Shown in pieces: positions 46,567 to 55,691 of a stretch of 55,691 nt of DNA. The position numbers and the translations under genes were made by a program. The stretch spans positions 1 to 55,691 of the forward strand of contig CAYQTK010000003.1 in the NCBI GenBank assembly GCA_964420375.1, given 5' to 3'. Numbering within the stretch: the first letter of the stretch is position 1; each line of letters starts with the position of its first letter. Source of the DNA: an uncultured bacterium (GTDB lineage: Bacteria; RBG-13-61-14; DATKZS01). The notes below the pieces were generated by a model. The model saw nothing but the letters and a program-made list of their open reading frames with translations, was not told the DNA's origin and made no database searches.

Positions 46567-48525
46567 ATGGCAAGGCTCGTCCTTTATATCCTGCCGGTCG
46601 TTCTTTGGGTTGCGGCGGCAGTGCCTTACGGATTTTGCAAGGAGGAGGGGAAATCCTTTAACCGCGCCCCCGGAGGCGAGGCAGGCGGTGAGGGTTTTGT
46701 TTATGACCGGCAAGGACGCTGGTTCGAGGTTTTCGCTCCTGAAGAGCAAAAGCAGAAGTTTTACAGCCGGAAGATGGAAGAGAAGGAAGGGGTAAGGATA
46801 AAGGAGATCGAGCTCGAAGGCTGCGACAAGATTTCCTGCCGGACGGTCAAGTCCGTCCTTCGCCAGAAGGAGACGCCCTGGTACCGGCTGACGCCCGGCA
46901 AGGAGGGATACGATCCTTTCTGGGCGCAAGAGGACTTGAACCGGATCGAGAAGTTTTACAAGAGCCGGGGATTTTTCAACGTGCACGTCACCGGCCCGGA
47001 GGAGACCTGGAGCGAGGACGGCAAAAGCGTAAGTATCCGGTACGAGATCGAGGAGAACAAGCCGGTACATGTTGAAAGGATCGAGGTCTACTTTCTGGAC
47101 GGTCTTCACGAAGACTGGGACCCCATGACCATGCGGTCGCTTCTGAAGTTCAAGGAAGGCGACCGCTTCGAGCAGTCCCCCTACCAGGACAGTGCGGAGG
47201 CCATGGAGACGTATTACCAAAACGAGGGTTTTTTCCACGTTTCCGTAAAGCGCAGCGCACTTATCGACCCGGAAGACCTTACCGCGGTGGTGACCTACCG
47301 CATCCGGCGGGGCCTTCGTTTTAACGTGGGCGAGATAAAGATCAAGGGCTGCGAAAAGACCGAGCCCGATGTTGTGAGAAGGGCCATCAAGGTCAAACCA
47401 GGCGACCATTACCGCAGGAACGAGGTGTATGCCGACCAGCGCGAGGTGCAGCGGCTTCCCATCTATCGGACGGTCCGCTTGAAAGAAGTTCCTCACGACG
47501 ACGCCCGGCGGATCGAACTGGTGTTTACAGTTAAAGAGGCTGATCCCCGCCAGGTAAAGGTGGGAGTGGGATACGGCAGTGAAGAAGAGGTCCGGGTCAT
47601 GGCGAGTTGGAGGCACGTGAATTTTATGGGAGGTGCACGGGAGCTGGCTGTTACCGCCCGCTGGTCGCAGCTTCTGGAAAGGGAAGAGATAAGGTTCACG
47701 CAACCCAACGTAGTTGACTCCGGCGACTACGTGCAATTAACGGGCGAACGCAGGGTGGAGAAAGAAGAAGCTTATACCCACGAAGCCCTTTCCCTGTCTC
47801 CCTTGTACCATTTTATCCTTACCCCCTATCTTTGGGCGGAGGTATCCTACCGGGTGGAGCAGGAGCGGACCTATGACGTGATCAGCGAACTTGGGATCGA
47901 GGAGGAAGACCTGGCGCGGGATGGCGTGCTTTCCGTGCTTGGCGGCCGCATTCATTGGGCGGACCTTAACGACCAGACCAACCCCACCCAGGGCGCCCGG
48001 GCAAGCCTCTACACCGAGGTCGGAGGCGGGGCGCTCGGTGGAGACTACTCTTATTACAAGACCGTCGGGGTGGCCCGCGGCTACTACCCGGTTTTTCCTC
48101 CGGTGGTTGCCGCTCTTCGCTGGAAGGCGGGCTATGCCGAGCCCTGGGGGGACATGGAACAGATACCCCTGTTCCTCCGTTTCTACACCGGCGGGACCGG
48201 CACGGTGCGCGGTTTTGGAAGGCACGAGCTCGGACCCGAAGACGCGGACGCTAACCCCATCGGCGGCTCCAAGCTGTGGGAGGGAAGCTTCGAGGTCCGC
48301 TTTCCCATCTGGGAAGAGTTCGGCGGAGTGGTGTTCACGGACAGCGGATGGGTATGGCCGGAGGATGAAGATATCGATCCTTACGACGTGCGCTTCGCCT
48401 CCGGAGTGGGCATAAGATATAACACCCCTATCGGGCCGCTGGCTTTGGACGTGGCCTTTCCGCATGAGCAGGATGAAGAGCAACTGGAGTACAGGATCCA
48501 TTTCAACGTGGGACATACCTTCTAA
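46567..48525 (+). CDS. tamA: Omp85/TamA-type outer membrane assembly protein
   Basis: Signal peptide, three POTRA-like repeats, RFYTGGTGTVRGF, GVGIRYNTPIGPLALD, C-terminal F. Confidence 0.85.
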   Translation: MARLVLYILPVVLWVAAAVPYGFCKEEGKSFNRAPGGEAGGEGFVYDRQGRWFEVFAPEEQKQKFYSRKMEEKEGVRIKEIELEGCDKISCRTVKSVLRQKETPWYRLTPGKEGYDPFWAQEDLNRIEKFYKSRGFFNVHVTGPEETWSEDGKSVSIRYEIEENKPVHVERIEVYFLDGLHEDWDPMTMRSLLKFKEGDRFEQSPYQDSAEAMETYYQNEGFFHVSVKRSALIDPEDLTAVVTYRIRRGLRFNVGEIKIKGCEKTEPDVVRRAIKVKPGDHYRRNEVYADQREVQRLPIYRTVRLKEVPHDDARRIELVFTVKEADPRQVKVGVGYGSEEEVRVMASWRHVNFMGGARELAVTARWSQLLEREEIRFTQPNVVDSGDYVQLTGERRVEKEEAYTHEALSLSPLYHFILTPYLWAEVSYRVEQERTYDVISELGIEEEDLARDGVLSVLGGRIHWADLNDQTNPTQGARASLYTEVGGGALGGDYSYYKTVGVARGYYPVFPPVVAALRWKAGYAEPWGDMEQIPLFLRFYTGGTGTVRGFGRHELGPEDADANPIGGSKLWEGSFEVRFPIWEEFGGVVFTDSGWVWPEDEDIDPYDVRFASGVGIRYNTPIGPLALDVAFPHEQDEEQLEYRIHFNVGHTF

Positions 48526-48542
48526 CAAGCGGGACAGGCACC

Positions 48543-51500
48543 ATGAAACGTGATTGGCGCTCTATACTAAATAAAGAAAAAGCCCGGAGGCTTTTAAGGG
48601 TGTCCGCTGTGGCAATCCTGGCGGCCCTGGTTTGCGGCGGTGCGGCATGGATGTACATAAAGCTCGCAAGGGGAGACTATAACTCCTGGATTCTGTCCTT
48701 TGCATTGGAAAAAACCAATCAAAGGCTGGCGGGTCAAGTCGAGGTTGAAGAGCTTGTCGGAAACCCCCTCGAATGGATCGCTCTGAACAAGATTGTAGTA
48801 GTTGACCCCGACAATGAAAAGGTGATAAAGGCCGAAAAGGCGGTGGTAAGCTACGTGCTTTTTAAAAACGGAAAATTCTCTCCGCACCTGGAAATAGAAG
48901 CCCACAACGTATGGGTAAAAGCCGAAAAGCAGGGCGACAAATGGAACCTCTCCCGGCTTCGCAAAAAAAGGCCTGGTTCCGGTAAGCCTTCATCATATCC
49001 GCCGCTGTCCGGCAAGATATACATATCCTCTTTGCAGGTCCATGCCCGCTCCGGCGCGGAAAAAACCTATGACGTAACAGTGGCCGAAGCAGCAGGAACC
49101 TTTAAAACAGAAGACAACGCCGTGGGCTTCGAGATAGAAGAGCTCACCGGTTTTGTGTCGCCTCCGGACGTTCCCTTAGAGGCTGCCGCGATTAACGGCA
49201 AAGCTTATAACACCGGCTCCGGCTGGGACGTGCGCATCCACAGCGGGAGCGTGCAAAGCCGAAACTCCGGCCTGAAGCTGGGGCAGGGAAGATACTTCAC
49301 CGGCACATCAGAGCTCGAGGCGAGGATACCCGAGATTAAAGCGACTCCGGAGACCATCGAGGCCGTCTGGGCCGGAAATCCTCTCAAGACAACCGTTACA
49401 GGCTCGGCGGAAGTATGGGGGAACATCCGTAACATCGGTTTTAAAACGGATATAAGCTCATCATCCGGCAGCCTGGTTGCAGGCGGGACATATGCCAGGC
49501 CAAAGAATGTTCTCGACTTGAAAGGGTCCATAAAGAACATGTCCGTACAGGAGTTAATAGAGAACGATGTTCCGCTAACCGGGCTTTTCGGTAAGTTCGA
49601 TCTCAAGTATGTCCTGCCGGCGGGAAGTACTCCCCGCAGTCTCCGGGCCCGCTTCGATCTCGAGTCATTCTCTTATCCGCGTATAAAGTCTTTTCCTCTC
49701 TCCTTTGACGTGGAGCTTACAGGCGAAGCTTACAAAGGCTCCGTGGTTTCGAGATCGCCGGGAAGGGGCTTCAGCGCAGACGTAAACGGCAAATTGAAAA
49801 AGCCCTATCCCTTCAATCTCCAAACCCTCTTTAATGAACTGGACCCCTCTACGATGGTGGAGAACGCTCCGCAGGCACTACTCACCGGTGATCTCGAGCT
49901 CGGGGGAAGCGGGACCAACAAGGACGACTTCCGGGGTCAGGGGACCTTGCACCTGCAACAATCCACTGTTAAAGACATGCGCATAAAAGATGCCCGACTT
50001 GTCTACACCATGGCAGCAGGGCGCTTCCGGGCGGAAAGCATGCGGGCGCTTTCCGACCGGCTCGAAATGGAAGGCACGGGCTGGATCGAGCCTTTCCATA
50101 AGGCGCTCCCCTTCAGCTTTGAGACAAGAGCAAAGCTGCTCGATCCGTCGCTCGTCACCGAGCTTACCAAGGGCCGGCTTTCGCTTGAAAAGGCGAAGGT
50201 CAACGCGGACGTAAGCGGCAACCGATACTACTGGCAAGCCGCGGGAAAGGGAGAAGCAGCGGGCGTCAAGGCCTCCGGAGTGCAGTCGGAAAGCGCATCC
50301 GTCAAACTGGCGCTTTCGGGAAAGGGAGCCGACAGTGTTCGGGGAAAAGCGGAACTTGATTTCGCCGGCTTTTTTATACCGGGAGCAAAACAGGGAAAGC
50401 TCCGCGTCCCTGTCATGGACGTTACCGCCTCCGCGGATATCAAGCCCTCTCCATTACAGGGGCCCCGGATCGACTTCAGCATTGATACCAAGGCAAAGGA
50501 GCCCGGCTACGCGTTAGCTTCACAAGGAAGCGTGAACATGGATGGAGGAAAACAGTTCGACCTCTTCCTTCAAAAGCTTGACCTCACCGTCATCGGACAG
50601 AAATGGATACTGTCGAGTCCGGCGCAGGTCACATCCCGGAGGGGCGCAATTTCCTTTAAAGGGTTCCAGTTGGAAAAAGACAAGTCAACCCTGGGGGCCT
50701 TCGGCGAAATTAAAGAGAACAATACCAACTTTACCCTGCTTCTAAACCAGTTCGATATGGCCCCCTTTGTAAACCGGCTCTATCCGGAAAGGACCATGCA
50801 GGGTGTGGTGAGCGGAAGCGCGTCCTTCGCCGGGAAGATGTCGGAACCCGAGCTTAGCGGCAGCTTCGGCATAACCGGCGCGCGCTTTCAAGACACCAGC
50901 CTCGACCGGCTGGAGGGGTATCTTAAATATAAACAAGAGAAGGTCGACTTTTCATTTCGAGGAAACTCCGAACTGGCAGGAGAAGTCCGGATCTGGGGAA
51001 AAGCCTCCATGACAGTCGCCCTGAATCCCGCCCATATCGGTTTGTACAATGACCGGCCTTTCAATTTTCGGCTTGACGCCTCCGACCTGTCGGTGGGCAT
51101 TCTGGATTACTTCATCCCCTGGCTGACCGAACTTTCCGGAACCGTCTCTCTAAAAGCCCATGTCAGGGGAACGCCGGACGATCCGGAATGGAACGGCAAG
51201 ACCCGGCTGACCAACGTAAGCTGCAAGGTCCCCGAGTGGGGGTTGTCGCTCGCCGGGCTTTCCGGCAGCGCGGACATCAAAAAGAACGTGGTCAGCATAC
51301 CCGAGATAACCGTGTTTTCCGGCGACGGCAGGGCCAGGCTATCCGGCGGTTTCAGGATCGACAATTACTCCGTAAGCGATCTGGGACTCAAGCTCGACGC
51401 CGACAACTTCAAGGCCATGAACACCCCCGACATAAACGCTTCGGTGGATGCTAAGTTGAAACTCACCGGTGATCTTAACTATCCCCGCTTCCGCGGCAAG

Positions 51501-52352
51501 GTCAAGTTCACCGAGCTTACTTACAGGCCTCCCTTGATCCTGGCATACCAGGGGACCTCATGGGAGTCCCAAGACCCCACCATCAGGGTCAAGGGCGAAG
51601 AAAGCGAGGTTGCCGAGTCATCACCACTGATTGACCGCGGCGACCTGGATATAAAAATCGTGATTCCCGACAATGCGCGGCTCAGAAACTCCGAACTCAA
51701 CATCCGCTTTGGAGGAGAGCTCCGGATGAGAAAACCTCCCGGCGGATTCTTTCTTCTCTTCGGCGACCTGCAAACAAAAGACGGCTGGCTGAATTTCCAG
51801 GGCAAGCAGTTCCGCATTGAAAGAGGAGTGTTCACCTTTCCCGCCATCCCGGTGATCGACCCCTCTCTGGACCTCCTTGCAAGCTACCGGGTGCCGGATT
51901 ACACCACCTACATAAAAATCACCGGAACCCTGTCCGAGCCGTCTTTGGAACTCTACTCCGACCCGCCACTCGACTCCGCGGACGTGCTCTCGGTGATCCT
52001 CTTCGGAAGGCCCATGAGCGAGCTGGCCCGCGGAGAACAGGAAACACTGGCACAGACCGGCGGACAGCTCGCCGCTTCCTATGCAGCGTCCAACCTGGCA
52101 AGCTCGCTGGGTATGGCGTTGAACCTGGACACCATCGTGGTCGAGACCGGAAAGACGGCAGAGGAGTCCGGAGTGGGCATCGGCAAGTACGTCAACGAAA
52201 AGCTATACCTGTATTACTTCCAGCAGTTCGGGGAAAAAGCGACGGAAGAGTTCCGCATCCGCTACGAGATAAACAAGAACTTCAGCGTACAAGCCTCCCA
52301 GGACGCCGAAGGCCAGGGAGGCGTGGACCTCTATTACACCTATACCTACTGA
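48543..52352 (+). CDS. tamB: Translocation and assembly module TamB
   Basis: N-terminal TM, long beta-rich repeats, DUF490-like C-terminus (ITGTLSEPSLELYSDPPL..ADVLSVILFGR, IGKYVNEKLY); follows tamA. Confidence 0.88.
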   Translation: MKRDWRSILNKEKARRLLRVSAVAILAALVCGGAAWMYIKLARGDYNSWILSFALEKTNQRLAGQVEVEELVGNPLEWIALNKIVVVDPDNEKVIKAEKAVVSYVLFKNGKFSPHLEIEAHNVWVKAEKQGDKWNLSRLRKKRPGSGKPSSYPPLSGKIYISSLQVHARSGAEKTYDVTVAEAAGTFKTEDNAVGFEIEELTGFVSPPDVPLEAAAINGKAYNTGSGWDVRIHSGSVQSRNSGLKLGQGRYFTGTSELEARIPEIKATPETIEAVWAGNPLKTTVTGSAEVWGNIRNIGFKTDISSSSGSLVAGGTYARPKNVLDLKGSIKNMSVQELIENDVPLTGLFGKFDLKYVLPAGSTPRSLRARFDLESFSYPRIKSFPLSFDVELTGEAYKGSVVSRSPGRGFSADVNGKLKKPYPFNLQTLFNELDPSTMVENAPQALLTGDLELGGSGTNKDDFRGQGTLHLQQSTVKDMRIKDARLVYTMAAGRFRAESMRALSDRLEMEGTGWIEPFHKALPFSFETRAKLLDPSLVTELTKGRLSLEKAKVNADVSGNRYYWQAAGKGEAAGVKASGVQSESASVKLALSGKGADSVRGKAELDFAGFFIPGAKQGKLRVPVMDVTASADIKPSPLQGPRIDFSIDTKAKEPGYALASQGSVNMDGGKQFDLFLQKLDLTVIGQKWILSSPAQVTSRRGAISFKGFQLEKDKSTLGAFGEIKENNTNFTLLLNQFDMAPFVNRLYPERTMQGVVSGSASFAGKMSEPELSGSFGITGARFQDTSLDRLEGYLKYKQEKVDFSFRGNSELAGEVRIWGKASMTVALNPAHIGLYNDRPFNFRLDASDLSVGILDYFIPWLTELSGTVSLKAHVRGTPDDPEWNGKTRLTNVSCKVPEWGLSLAGLSGSADIKKNVVSIPEITVFSGDGRARLSGGFRIDNYSVSDLGLKLDADNFKAMNTPDINASVDAKLKLTGDLNYPRFRGKVKFTELTYRPPLILAYQGTSWESQDPTIRVKGEESEVAESSPLIDRGDLDIKIVIPDNARLRNSELNIRFGGELRMRKPPGGFFLLFGDLQTKDGWLNFQGKQFRIERGVFTFPAIPVIDPSLDLLASYRVPDYTTYIKITGTLSEPSLELYSDPPLDSADVLSVILFGRPMSELARGEQETLAQTGGQLAASYAASNLASSLGMALNLDTIVVETGKTAEESGVGIGKYVNEKLYLYYFQQFGEKATEEFRIRYEINKNFSVQASQDAEGQGGVDLYYTYTY

Positions 52353-52372
52353 AGCGAAGTCGATAAACTGAT

Positions 52373-52398
52373 GGCCCGGACCATGACCGGCCCGGGCC
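52373..52398. terminator. Hairpin between convergent tamB and acylase
   Basis: GGCCCGG...CCGGGCC inverted repeat. Confidence 0.4.
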
Positions 52399-52432
52399 TT
52401 GTAAAGTAACGGAACCTTGGCTTCTTAAGCGC

Positions 52433-55087
52433 TCAGGGCTTAAGCTCCAGGTGATACCTGGCGTCGGACTTTACCTTGGCCGGGTCCATGGTGCCGGTGA
52501 GGTGGTCGCCGCGGAGCCAGACCTGGTGCAGGTCCCGGTAGTGGGGCGAAAGGTACTGGCCGGAGATGGACCCGTCAATCACCACTTGGGCCTTTTCCGG
52601 GTCGCCCATGTCGATAAGGTGCCGCCAAGCCGGGCCGTAGGTCGCCTTGAAATGCCACTCGCCGTCCTCCTGAGGACTGGCGCACCGCAGGGTGTGCCGC
52701 GAGCCCACGTGGGGGAAAGGACCCACCGACAGCTCCTCGAAAGGCCAGAAACCCAGCGGGTGATAGAACTTGACGGGATGGACGTCTCCCCACCTCCAGT
52801 CGGACGGGGCTTTGCCGTAATGGTCCTCCAGAAAAGCAACCGAGTCGCGAACCGAACGGACTATCATGTCGTTCATGTCCTCCACCTTGTCCTCCGTGGT
52901 CTTGTCGTCAAACGCGGGGGAGTGGCCCTTCTTCATCATGATCTCCACCGGAAGGTCTCCGTTAGACCCCTTCACGAAAAGCTCGAAGTCCTGCTTGTCC
53001 ATCTCGTCCGCGAAAACGTTGCGGCGCATCTCCTCCGCCCACTTGAAAAACACCGCGGTAGCAGTCGAGTCAAGGTCGGCCTCGAAGTCCCACGACTTGA
53101 GCTGCTCGTAGCCCTTCCTTACCCGGGGGTCATCCATTCCCTTCTCCTCGATGGCCGCCAGGATCAGGGGGACCTCGGTCTCCGCCTTGGGAACGTGAAC
53201 ATCGTTCTGCATCCGTTTCATGTCGGCCATGTCAATGGGAGCAAGCTCGTCCAGAAGCTCCTTGATGCGCATGGCCCGCCAGCCCCCGTCGTAATTAGTC
53301 GAGAACACGTGCTCGTACCATTCCAGGTCCACCACTTCGTTGTTGGCGGAAAGGATGTAACCGCGCTCCGGGTTCTCCAGGCGGGGAAGCTCGGAAAGAG
53401 GAATGAACCCGGTCCAGTCCCACTCGCCTGACGCGCCCGGCACCGGCATTACCCCCAGGCCCTTGTTGCGAACCGGAACCAGGCCCCCGGGAAGATAAAC
53501 AATGTTGCCGGACGAGTCAGCAGCGCTCCAGTTCTGACTCGGGACCACGATTTGATCCATGGCCCGCTTGAAGTCCTCGATGCCCTTGCCGCGCATCAGG
53601 GTGTCCAGGGCGGAAGACACGTTCATGAGCTCGAACTCGTCGTCCGGGATCTCTTCCACCTTGTCCATGAACTCGTCCACTGTAGCGGAGCTGATGAGGC
53701 TCTTGAAAACTTGGGGGTTCCGACAGAAGTCCCAGGCGGTCCAGCGCATGGTCACCGGTGGAGTGCCTTCCGGCAAAGGCACGTAATCCGTGATCACCGG
53801 ACCGTGAACAGTCTGGCGGACCTCGATCTCTTTGTTTACATATTGCCGGGTGGGGAACTTCCGGACCTTGATGACCTCCTTGCGGACGGTGAACGGCTTC
53901 CACTGCCCCTGGTGAAGGTACTTGCCGGGATGATTGTCTTTGTCCACCCTCTCCAGGTACAGGTCCTGAACGTCCGCAATCGACGTAGTCGCCGCCCAGG
54001 CAAGGTCTTTGGTATGGCCAAGCGCATGATACGGAGTTCCCGGCAGCATGACGCCGTAAGAGTCAATGCCCGCGCCTTTTACGTGGCACATGTACCAGAT
54101 GGACGGCTGCATGGTGGGAAGATGGGTGTCGTTGGCCAGCATGGGCGTACCCGTCTCCGTCATGTTTCCGGCCAGTATCCACTTGTTGGAGGCATAAGGA
54201 AGCCGTTCGCCAAGGGACCGTTGTATGCCGCCAAAAGAAGCGAGCAGCTTGAGCGCAGCATCGCCGGACATGGAATTATCGTAGGGATAGGGCAGATACT
54301 TTTGGGGAGGCCTGCCTCCAGGCGGGATGTCGCGGGGTGTGGACAGCTTGTTCTTCAAAAGCTCGGGCGGCACGATAGTAGGACCGTAGTGATCGTGAAT
54401 TGGAGCGGCCTCCCACATCACGTCCGCACCGTACTTCTCGTAAACACCGTAACGGAAAAGCTCGAACTGCCAGGAGAAGGTCAAAAGGAAACCCATCAGC
54501 CTGCCCGCGCTAACCACGTCCGCAGGCCGGAAGCGTGTCGGCTTGACCTTGAGCATCTGAAACTCGACAGGGAGCTCTTCCCGCTCCTCGTGGGTCTCTA
54601 TGTAATGATTGACGCCTTCCGAGTAGGCCTCGAGCTGCTTGTAGATGCGGGGGCGCTTCTCTTTCAGCAGGGCCTCCCCGACTTCGCCGATGTGCTTGAG
54701 TCCGAAGGTACGCATCATCTCGTCGATAACCACCGTGTCAATGGGAAGTCCCTTGAACCTGGCGCCCGGCACTTTGATGGACCCCAGAAGCTCGGACATG
54801 CGGCCCTCCGCAAACGCCCGCAAAAGAACCATCTCCCAGAGCCGGTCCTGGGCCTGGGTGTAGCCGATGGCGAAGAACAGGTCCTCTTCGTTCTCCGCAA
54901 AGATGTGGGGAACACCGTAATCGTCGCGGTAAACGTGAGCACCCGAATCAAGACCAGGCACCGTCAATTTCGCGTTATAGTCCGCGAGTGCAGGCTCCGG
55001 GTCCCTCTTGTAGCTCTGAAAAGCGGTGATACAGCCGATTACTGCCAAGAGCGATATAACCAGTCCTCCGATAATCGCCTTCTTCAT
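52433..55087 (-). CDS. Penicillin acylase family (peptidase S45, Ntn hydrolase)
   Basis: RDDYGVPHIFA, GYTQAQDRLWEM, beta-chain nucleophile ASNKW, LANDTHL, SANN, GQYLSPHY. Confidence 0.92.
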   Translation of the reverse strand: MKKAIIGGLVISLLAVIGCITAFQSYKRDPEPALADYNAKLTVPGLDSGAHVYRDDYGVPHIFAENEEDLFFAIGYTQAQDRLWEMVLLRAFAEGRMSELLGSIKVPGARFKGLPIDTVVIDEMMRTFGLKHIGEVGEALLKEKRPRIYKQLEAYSEGVNHYIETHEEREELPVEFQMLKVKPTRFRPADVVSAGRLMGFLLTFSWQFELFRYGVYEKYGADVMWEAAPIHDHYGPTIVPPELLKNKLSTPRDIPPGGRPPQKYLPYPYDNSMSGDAALKLLASFGGIQRSLGERLPYASNKWILAGNMTETGTPMLANDTHLPTMQPSIWYMCHVKGAGIDSYGVMLPGTPYHALGHTKDLAWAATTSIADVQDLYLERVDKDNHPGKYLHQGQWKPFTVRKEVIKVRKFPTRQYVNKEIEVRQTVHGPVITDYVPLPEGTPPVTMRWTAWDFCRNPQVFKSLISSATVDEFMDKVEEIPDDEFELMNVSSALDTLMRGKGIEDFKRAMDQIVVPSQNWSAADSSGNIVYLPGGLVPVRNKGLGVMPVPGASGEWDWTGFIPLSELPRLENPERGYILSANNEVVDLEWYEHVFSTNYDGGWRAMRIKELLDELAPIDMADMKRMQNDVHVPKAETEVPLILAAIEEKGMDDPRVRKGYEQLKSWDFEADLDSTATAVFFKWAEEMRRNVFADEMDKQDFELFVKGSNGDLPVEIMMKKGHSPAFDDKTTEDKVEDMNDMIVRSVRDSVAFLEDHYGKAPSDWRWGDVHPVKFYHPLGFWPFEELSVGPFPHVGSRHTLRCASPQEDGEWHFKATYGPAWRHLIDMGDPEKAQVVIDGSISGQYLSPHYRDLHQVWLRGDHLTGTMDPAKVKSDARYHLELKP

Positions 55088-55316
55088 TACTCCCTCCCTA
55101 AAGCTCGTTCCACTCCTTTAAAAACTGTGTAAGTATTACTCTCCCTCTCTCAAAAGGGAAAGCTCGAACACGGCAAATATACTAGAACTTGCCGGGTTTC
55201 TCAAAAATTCCCGGTTTTAAAGACAGCGTAGAAAATAGTTGTGCAAATGACAATGCTTGAAAACGCAGGGGCCGGCTCGGCAGGTTATCTGAAGATGATG
55301 TAACAGGTGAAATAAC

Positions 55317-55596
55317 TAGTGCCCGTTGCGAAACGGAGGTTTAATTTGCTTTTGCGGCGCTGTTTTGGAATGCGGCAGCAAGCTGTTCGCTTTTTCCGCC
55401 GGGATACTTGCTTGTCGGAAATGCGCTCCACAAGAGGCTCACAGTTTGCGAGGCGCCTGTTTGTAAGTTCCGGCAAGCCGGAACTTATGAAAGCGAAAGC
55501 AAGCTTTCCTGTCTGCCCTGTCTGCGTGTCCGCACAGGCAGGCGTGTCCGGCACAGGCAGGCGCACTCCGAAAACGGAGTTTCGAAACAGGCTCTA
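55317..55596 (+). mobile_element. MITE-like palindromic repeat element (copy 4) with doubly nested mini-palindrome insertion
   Basis: TA-GTGCCCGTTGCGAAAC ... GTTTCGAAACAGGCTC-TA; colinear with copy 3 apart from a 54-bp insert at 55508-55561. Confidence 0.9.
55508..55561. repeat. Nested CCTGTCTG...CAGGCAGG mini-palindromes
   Basis: CCTGTCTGC [CCTGTCTGCGTGTCCGCACAGGCAGG] CGTGTCCGGCACAGGCAGG; absent at the same site in copy 3 (TTT^CGCACTCC). Confidence 0.88.
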
Positions 55597-55691
55597 AATA
55601 TTTTTCGTGAGAGCGACTGATACCGCGTTTTTCGTGCTAGCCCGAGTTTCCTAGTTATAAAACAAACGCTCTAGTTCCCTATATATTCCAG

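Noticed and set aside
53552-55132. Long antisense ORFs (526 aa here; also 6597-8099, 25894-27294, 46495-47736, 717-1760)
   Set aside because: They are shadows of GC3-biased genes on the opposite strand, with no motifs or RBS.
55285-55620. ORFs of 60-93 aa across repeat copies 3 and 4 (both strands), similar to each other
   Set aside because: The similarity comes from the DNA repeat. The plus frame has a stop in copy 3, the minus frame is shifted by a 1-bp indel in copy 2, and there is no RBS.

Overview
A 55.7-kb stretch of a Gram-negative bacterial chromosome (TamAB, Mla/MCE, Lgt). The MshEN/FrgA-like protein, the two-permease/two-ATPase MCE locus and the rubredoxin-DUF2231 gene suggest a deltaproteobacterial-type lineage (Desulfobacterota/Myxococcota-like), but this is inference. 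It holds 42 genes: housekeeping (ftsH, gatCAB, lgt, tamAB, galE-like), envelope glycosylation (GT4, GT39/PMT-like, TMTC-like, flippase-like), lipid transport (MlaFFEED, MMPL) and many exported hydrolases. I saw no rRNA, tRNA, CRISPR array, integrase or transposase. The most unusual signal is non-coding: a layered set of small non-autonomous palindromic elements. (i) A ~175-280 bp TA-flanked, inverted-repeat-bounded element occurs four times, plus a decayed fragment, and carries an inverted REP-like doublet with GC-AA-GC/GC-TT-GC-capped hairpins. (ii) A 26-28 bp CCTGTCTG...CAGGCAGG mini-palindrome has inserted into that element and then into itself, two and apparently three levels deep. (iii) A second TA-flanked 123-bp palindromic element with a GTGCGAGCG-type REP core sits in frame inside a DUF4276/TOPRIM-like gene. 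That gene belongs to an ABC-ATPase + DUF4276 defence-like pair wedged between gatA and gatB. A 59-aa small protein missed by the ORF track is also present. Product calls come from motif recognition only; no searches were run.
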